From contig NC_057758.1 in assembly GCF_004010195.1 (NCBI RefSeq), positions 5,632,936-5,696,935 of the forward strand: DNA of 64,000 nt. The letters are read 5' to 3'. The notes beneath the pieces are model-generated. The model was not told the DNA's origin and made no database searches. It saw nothing but the letters and a program-made list of their open reading frames with translations. Positions 62,477 to 64,000 of the stretch are shown in pieces. How positions within the stretch are numbered: the stretch's first letter is position 1; each line of letters begins with the position of its first letter. The DNA comes from Chiloscyllium plagiosum (Eukaryota). The translations under genes were made by a program, and so were the position numbers.

Positions 62477-64000
62477 GCTACGAATTCTGTCGTAGTTCTG
62501 CTGCATTCTGTAACATACAGAATGCTCTCACTGTGTTGCAGTGAGAACATTCAGCTTTGTGCTGGCCTTACACTCGTGCAAAATCAATTGTATATCTTTT
62601 CTATTCGGGTCATGAAAGCGGTTCTGATCCGCACAGTTCAGAAGTAAATCAATTACGTTACCAAAGAGAGTCAATGAAGTTAGAATTGCAAGTAACTTCC
62701 TGAGGCAACAGGTCTCTAAAAACTGGCATTTCCTCGGTTTGTTATAGTTTTCATAGTTTCTATATTACACTCATCTGCGGAAAGAGCATCTATGTAGGTA
62801 ATTCGGACGAAAGGGCACCAATAATACTCTGGCAATTGCAAACAGACGTTGAGAGTCGAAATACTCATATTTCCACATGTTTACATAGAGACGCTGCCAG
62901 TGTTTGATCTATGTAGTCTTAATTGCAATTCTGCCTTCGTAGCACTCTCGGGGCTCACGTAGTAACCTTGATGCTGTTTCATTTTGGTTCTGTTTAATTC
63001 GCTGTGCTTGATGACATTGAGGAGCATGAGCTGTATGGTCCCGGAAGAAAATGGCTCACGCGCTAGTCAACGAGTTTTGTTGATAGGTGCTTTAATCATG
63101 ACTGGGTAAATGACCCGAAATAATCTGAGGGAGTGCCATGTCGGAGGGGGTTAGATTGAAGATTTCAAAGTACTGTATTTTGGAAGTGCATTCACTCAAT
63201 TTCGCAAACCCTCTGATTTCGTGGTGGAACAATTAGTGTCATGTATTCTCGAGTTTGGTTCACAGTTTAGAATCTCCACCACATTCTAACCCCAAAGCTA
63301 CATCTCTCCCGTTTATGCTTCCCATTTTTTTAAACATGAGAAACACTTTAATGACGAGAAAAAACATGAAGGAGTGTACGGTCTTACAGCGATGAAGAGA
63401 GTCAGAGAGAACCTGAAGTGTAATCTCAAGAATAAAAAATGTCTTACTGTTTGTGATTGCGGGTAATTTTGACCTGGCATGGTCAACATTGTCAGTGATA
63501 TTTTTTGGTACCAGATGTATCGTTCGGAATGTCAGTCAATGTCATTACTTTGTGCCAGAATAGGGCTTCTTGCTGCAGATCCTCAGCTGCTGAACAGAGC
63601 CTGCGCTGTATGCTGTGACCCAGACTACATTCAGACAGCAGCTGAAGATTGTGCTGAGTATCGTCAAATCAATCAATCGTTCAAAAATCACAAATTTAAT
63701 AATTAAATCCAGAAACGTGTATTTGTTTTTAAAAATTGCAGCAATAACGCTGCCTGTCGCTGTATTAAATCTCTAAAGGTACTGCTGGCTTGTTTCAATC
63801 TTCCAGCACAGGTTATTTGGCACTTTTCGATCTGTCTGCCCACTCTGAGTTCAAAATAAAAGGGGGCATCATTCGGTAGGTCTGCCATCACGCACACTCT
63901 CACTCCCTAAAACAATCTGCTGTCCAATTTGCTTGACTCTCTGCATTCGTCTATTCCACTGGGCAACTGTATCGCTTCTTCCTTCCTGCCTTCCTCTCCA
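62477..64000 (-). pseudogene. Duplicated Ig C1-like exon remnants B' (63448-63759), C' (~62770-63140) and the 5' stub of D'
   Basis: Paralog of 45677-47166. KKYH(C)NVDHA is read from tatcactg(a)caatgttgaccatgcc. Confidence 0.5.

Overview
Repeat-dense eukaryotic DNA with three N gaps. The repeat set points to a cartilaginous fish, probably a shark (inference): CR1 LINEs of several ages, two Penelope-like families, DeuSINE-like SINEs, an RTE LINE, a Gmr1-type Gypsy LTR element and LINE-derived minisatellites. I can support no intact host protein-coding gene. The unique sequence between the repeats appears to hold a heavily decayed antigen-receptor (Ig/TCR-like) locus. On the minus strand there is a run of 4-5 exon-sized Ig C1-like remnants at ~44.9-48.9 kb, partly duplicated at 62.5-64 kb. 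There are also V-like remnants at 4.2-4.4 kb (-), 7.5-7.85 kb (-) and 53.7-53.96 kb (+); the last has a candidate leader exon and a duplicated ETS/RUNX-motif upstream block. These calls come from hand translation across stops and frameshifts and need profile searches. The window also has a ~2.3 kb inverted segmental duplication (2166-4509 vs 53626-55956), a >=1.5 kb direct duplication (45677-47166 vs 62477-64000) and an older repeated block (11.4-13.6, 25.3-27.4, 29.2-29.8 kb). Boundaries of old repeats are approximate.
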